64,000 nt of DNA from a virus: the IMG/VR virus record IMGVR_UViG_3300010430_000004, positions 96,001-160,000 of that record; one strand, 5' to 3'. Below are positions 61,105-64,000 of this stretch, one piece after another. The position numbers were made by a program, and so were the translations under genes. Below the pieces are notes generated by a model, which was not told the origin of the DNA, did no database searches, and saw nothing but the letters and a program-made list of their open reading frames with translations. Each line of letters opens with the position of its first letter. The first letter of the stretch is position 1.

Positions 61105-61605
61105 ATGAAGACAGAAGTAAAAATGACAGAAAAGATGGGTAGAGGCGTATTTGCCACTGCTGATATTAAAATGGGCGAATTAATTATGGAAGACCATATT
61201 CTTCTTGTTCCCCATGATGAAACTACTTTTGCACTTTCCAGAACCATAGTCAATTTGTATGTTTTTGGCTTTGGAACAAAAGGAGTGGCAATTTCTCTAG
61301 GTCATGGAAGTTTGATCAATCACGACCCTAGCCCTAGTGTAGAAGTTCACCAACAACATGATAAAGACACTATTCAGTTTGTAGCTAACCAAGATATCAA
61401 GGCTGGTGATGAGATTTTTATAGATTATATGTATACTATAGAAAAAGCTCACGGTATTTATGAAAGAACAAGAGCGTCATATAAAGATGGCACTGCCCAA
61501 GCAGCAATGAAGGGCACTGAAACTAAATATTCTAGAGATGATATGATCAAGGCTCTTGACCTTGCTGAAAAAGATCTAAAAGAATTAAACCAAAGGTCAT
61601 TATGA
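61105..61605 (+). CDS. SET-domain protein (putative lysine methyltransferase)
   Basis: MGRGVFATADIKMGE, GSLINHDPSP, FVANQDIKAGDEIFIDY. Confidence 0.85.
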   Translation: MKTEVKMTEKMGRGVFATADIKMGELIMEDHILLVPHDETTFALSRTIVNLYVFGFGTKGVAISLGHGSLINHDPSPSVEVHQQHDKDTIQFVANQDIKAGDEIFIDYMYTIEKAHGIYERTRASYKDGTAQAAMKGTETKYSRDDMIKALDLAEKDLKELNQRSL

Positions 61606-61791
61606 AACATTTAAGAGAAATTCACAACGCTTCATTAAAGCAAACAAAAATGGAAATACGCAAGGCAAGGACCGTATTGGTTTTTGCCAGTGCTTTAGAT
61701 AGTGTGGTTAAAATTTCTAAAAAAGAGGCACTGGCCTCTTTAAGTAACTTTGCTGATTATGGTACTTTTGATTTGTTTATAGACGACAATC

Positions 61792-62016
61792 TTAAAGAGA
61801 TTCAGGTGGAATACCCTTCACACGATTACCCAGCTTCTTTTTGAGCTTTTTAATACGTCTTTCAATTACTCTTCTTTGTTTTCTGTTTAGTTTTAGTTTA
61901 TGCTTTTTTTCTTCAATTTTTATAGAATGAACAGTTGTACACTCGCACCTTGTAGTGTTGTATTTGGTTTCCTTACAATAATCACAATAAAAGTCAGTAT
62001 AGGTAGTTGAGTACAT
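61792..62016 (-). CDS. Small Cys-rich basic hypothetical protein
   Basis: CDYC...CEC; coupled to the upstream MuF-like gene. Confidence 0.5.
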   Translation of the reverse strand: MYSTTYTDFYCDYCKETKYNTTRCECTTVHSIKIEEKKHKLKLNRKQRRVIERRIKKLKKKLGNRVKGIPPESL

Positions 62017-62762
62017 TATAACATCTTCTTCTGTGCTTCATATTGATCGTGTTTGCGACCAATATAGGTGACCCTACCCTTGTCATCAAAACCATAGCCA
62101 GGTGCCAGAAACGTCAACACACAGCGACAGTTAGGGTGTCCACCATATATACTTGGCGCATTCATTCCTTTTTTCCAAAACTCATGTTTTATTTCTGAAA
62201 GCTTCCACACTCTAGGAATAGTGGTACCTTCTATAAGGTGAAGGGTTTTTTCTGGTTCTTTAGCTGTTTTATCATCTAAAGTAACAACCCAAAACACATC
62301 AGGGTCTTCTACTCCTCTTTGACTGCTCATCTTTTCAATCTTCATTGCAGTAGACAAGTTTCTAATCTTAGTAGCTTCACTAGAAATGGCAGTTTTAAAA
62401 TTAGAACCAGCAACAGATAATTCTTTACCTATTATGCTCCTGACTTTGTTAAAGTCTATAGGGTTGTCAGAATCAGCAGCTGAAACAGATTCACTAACTA
62501 CTTTATCTAGTATTCTAGATTTGGTTCTGGCTTGAAGCCCTTCAATATAAGCGTTAGTGATTTGAAGAGAAGTCTTGAGTATATCTCTTTCTTCAGGGCC
62601 AGGATTTTCACCAAGACCAGATAAAAATATAGATATGAGATTATTTTGGCGAGTAGATATCTTGCCACTTTTAGGATTAAAACCCATAAAGTCGTATGCC
62701 ATAGACTGAAATAAATTGTCTATGATATTTGCTATCTTTGTCGTTGCTTTATTGCTTATCAC
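62016..62762 (-). CDS. Head morphogenesis protein (MuF/SPP1 gp7-like)
   Basis: C-terminal HPNCRC motif; located downstream of portal. Confidence 0.65.
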   Translation of the reverse strand: MISNKATTKIANIIDNLFQSMAYDFMGFNPKSGKISTRQNNLISIFLSGLGENPGPEERDILKTSLQITNAYIEGLQARTKSRILDKVVSESVSAADSDNPIDFNKVRSIIGKELSVAGSNFKTAISSEATKIRNLSTAMKIEKMSSQRGVEDPDVFWVVTLDDKTAKEPEKTLHLIEGTTIPRVWKLSEIKHEFWKKGMNAPSIYGGHPNCRCVLTFLAPGYGFDDKGRVTYIGRKHDQYEAQKKML

Positions 62763-63330
62763 TCTTAATTGCCTTTTCTATTGCACTAGAAGCATCAGAA
62801 CTTCCAGTATCCCAGTTGGCAATCATAGACTTTACTACTTTATGCTGTTCAGTAAGTACTTTAGGAGCTGGTTTGCCTGTGGTAATATTTACTGCTTTTT
62901 TAGTTTCGTCAAGTTTACTAACTTTCCATAAACTTTTGTTTAGTTTCTCAGCATCGGCTTTAATCTTGTCTAAAGACTTTTGAAGTTCTTGTTTGTTTTT
63001 TCCACGAGACTTAGCAACTAAAGCTTCCATTTCCTGAAGAGATTGATCAAGTTCAGTAGCATTAGGATCACCCTGTTCAGCAGCTATATCTGCTTGTTCA
63101 GCGTTTAGTGCAGCAGGATCTTGTCCAGTAGGATCTTCTTGTCCAGGCAAACCTGCTTGGGCAGCAGCTTCAGCTTGAGCTTGGGCTTCTTTTTCAGCTG
63201 CCATTTGCTCTTTCTCAGCGTCATCTAGACCTTTTTGATAACCTTTTTGAAAAGCTAAATCAACTCCGTTCATATACTTACTGAGTAAGGTTTTATATTT
63301 AACTTCCCAATCAGTTTTCTTCATCATCAT
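62749..63330 (-). CDS. hypothetical head-module protein
   Basis: Between portal and MuF-like genes; Ala/Gln/Glu-rich linker. Confidence 0.55.
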   Translation of the reverse strand: MMMKKTDWEVKYKTLLSKYMNGVDLAFQKGYQKGLDDAEKEQMAAEKEAQAQAEAAAQAGLPGQEDPTGQDPAALNAEQADIAAEQGDPNATELDQSLQEMEALVAKSRGKNKQELQKSLDKIKADAEKLNKSLWKVSKLDETKKAVNITTGKPAPKVLTEQHKVVKSMIANWDTGSSDASSAIEKAIKSDKQ

Positions 63331-64000
63331 CTCCTAAATCAGCCATTTCTTGATCGATCATTTCTTGAATAAGCATTTTATAATTTTCAAAAGCAAACTC
63401 TGGATCTTCAGCGTAAAAAGCCCTAACAGCATTTGGATTAGTATCCATCATAAGCTGTAGGTTTTGCTGCCAAAAGGCATCTCTTTTATATTTTAATATC
63501 GTATTGAAAAAGTGGGCAGGATCTTCTAATTTTTCGCCCATAAACTTGTTAACATCTATATATTTATCAACTATGAGGCCGTGATATTCGTTAAATAAAA
63601 CGTCTCCACCAAGATGGGGTCCAACTTTTTGTTTGTCAACTTCTTCAAGGATTTCATCCATACTCATATGAATTGGTTGATCCTGCTGAAGTCTGAGGGA
63701 CTCTTCTTGTCTAGACTGTGCATCAAGACCAGAAAGTTTGATTTCTACTATTTGAGCAAGCTCAGGGTCAACAATGGGTAACAACTTTCTATTAAGAAAA
63801 TCTTGCCATTTTAGTATAAGTGGACGCAAGCCAGTATCACGAGCAGCAGTTAATTTAAATTCGTTATTACTCTCAGATAGGGTTTTTTGATTAGTTCCAC
63901 GGCTAAGGTGAGTATATCCAGGCAATTCATCTGGACTCATATTAAAAGCTGCTAGGATATTTCTAGAAACTTCTTCATAAAGGAATTCAAATTCTCCATC
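63311..64000 (-). CDS. Portal protein, C-terminal part (5' truncated by window)
   Basis: Frame open to window edge (DGEFEFLY...ILAAFNMSPDE...TLSES...DTGLRPL...LN), matching the portal pattern as recalled for Twort/SPO1-like phages. Confidence 0.7.
   Translation of the reverse strand, partial: DGEFEFLYEEVSRNILAAFNMSPDELPGYTHLSRGTNQKTLSESNNEFKLTAARDTGLRPLILKWQDFLNRKLLPIVDPELAQIVEIKLSGLDAQSRQEESLRLQQDQPIHMSMDEILEEVDKQKVGPHLGGDVLFNEYHGLIVDKYIDVNKFMGEKLEDPAHFFNTILKYKRDAFWQQNLQLMMDTNPNAVRAFYAEDPEFAFENYKMLIQEMIDQEMADLGDDDEEN

Noticed and set aside
1-64000. Stop-codon reassignment as in some large phages
   Set aside because: Code 11 gives intact, tightly coupled genes; TAA, TGA and TAG all end genes
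1-64000. Host assignment (gene content is suggestive of Bdellovibrionota)
   Set aside because: Cannot be established from this window; needs phylogeny of PepA, FKBP and SWIB genes or CRISPR-spacer matches

Overview
This window is 64 kb of an AT-rich, gene-dense, large tailed-phage genome (standard code; no host core genes, rRNA, integrase, transposase or CRISPR seen). From 1 to about 61,850 nearly all genes are on the + strand and form the early/middle region. Replication and recombination genes: SF2 helicase, SbcD and SbcC, RuvC-like resolvase, DnaE polymerase, DnaQ-like exonuclease, SSB, RecA/UvsX, UvsY-like protein, primase-like protein and ATP-dependent ligase. Other recognisable genes: class I ribonucleotide reductase, a sigma factor truncated before region 4.2, proteostasis genes (GroES-like, ClpP-like, trigger-factor FKBP domain, leucyl aminopeptidase, subtilase, Pth2), ADP-ribose/NAD genes (Prs-like + NAMPT-like pair resembling NARP1, macrodomain, NADAR), two SET-domain proteins, a SWIB protein and several metallophosphoesterases, among many small hypothetical ORFs. 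From about 61,800 the - strand carries the end of a convergent head module (portal C-terminus, MuF-like protein). Ten near-identical sigma70-type promoters (TAGCAT-N17-TATAWT-type) punctuate the region. Best leads: (1) adjacent small genes resembling isolated fragments of a major capsid protein (fused to a Tat signal) and of a tail sheath; (2) an apparently split sigma factor with a matching candidate YGATA promoter class; (3) a ~350-nt GC-rich structured ncRNA; (4) a 60-nt D-arm-less tRNA-like RNA heading the NAD-reconstitution operon. All assignments come from reading motifs by eye; no searches were run, and many small hypothetical ORFs are not listed individually.
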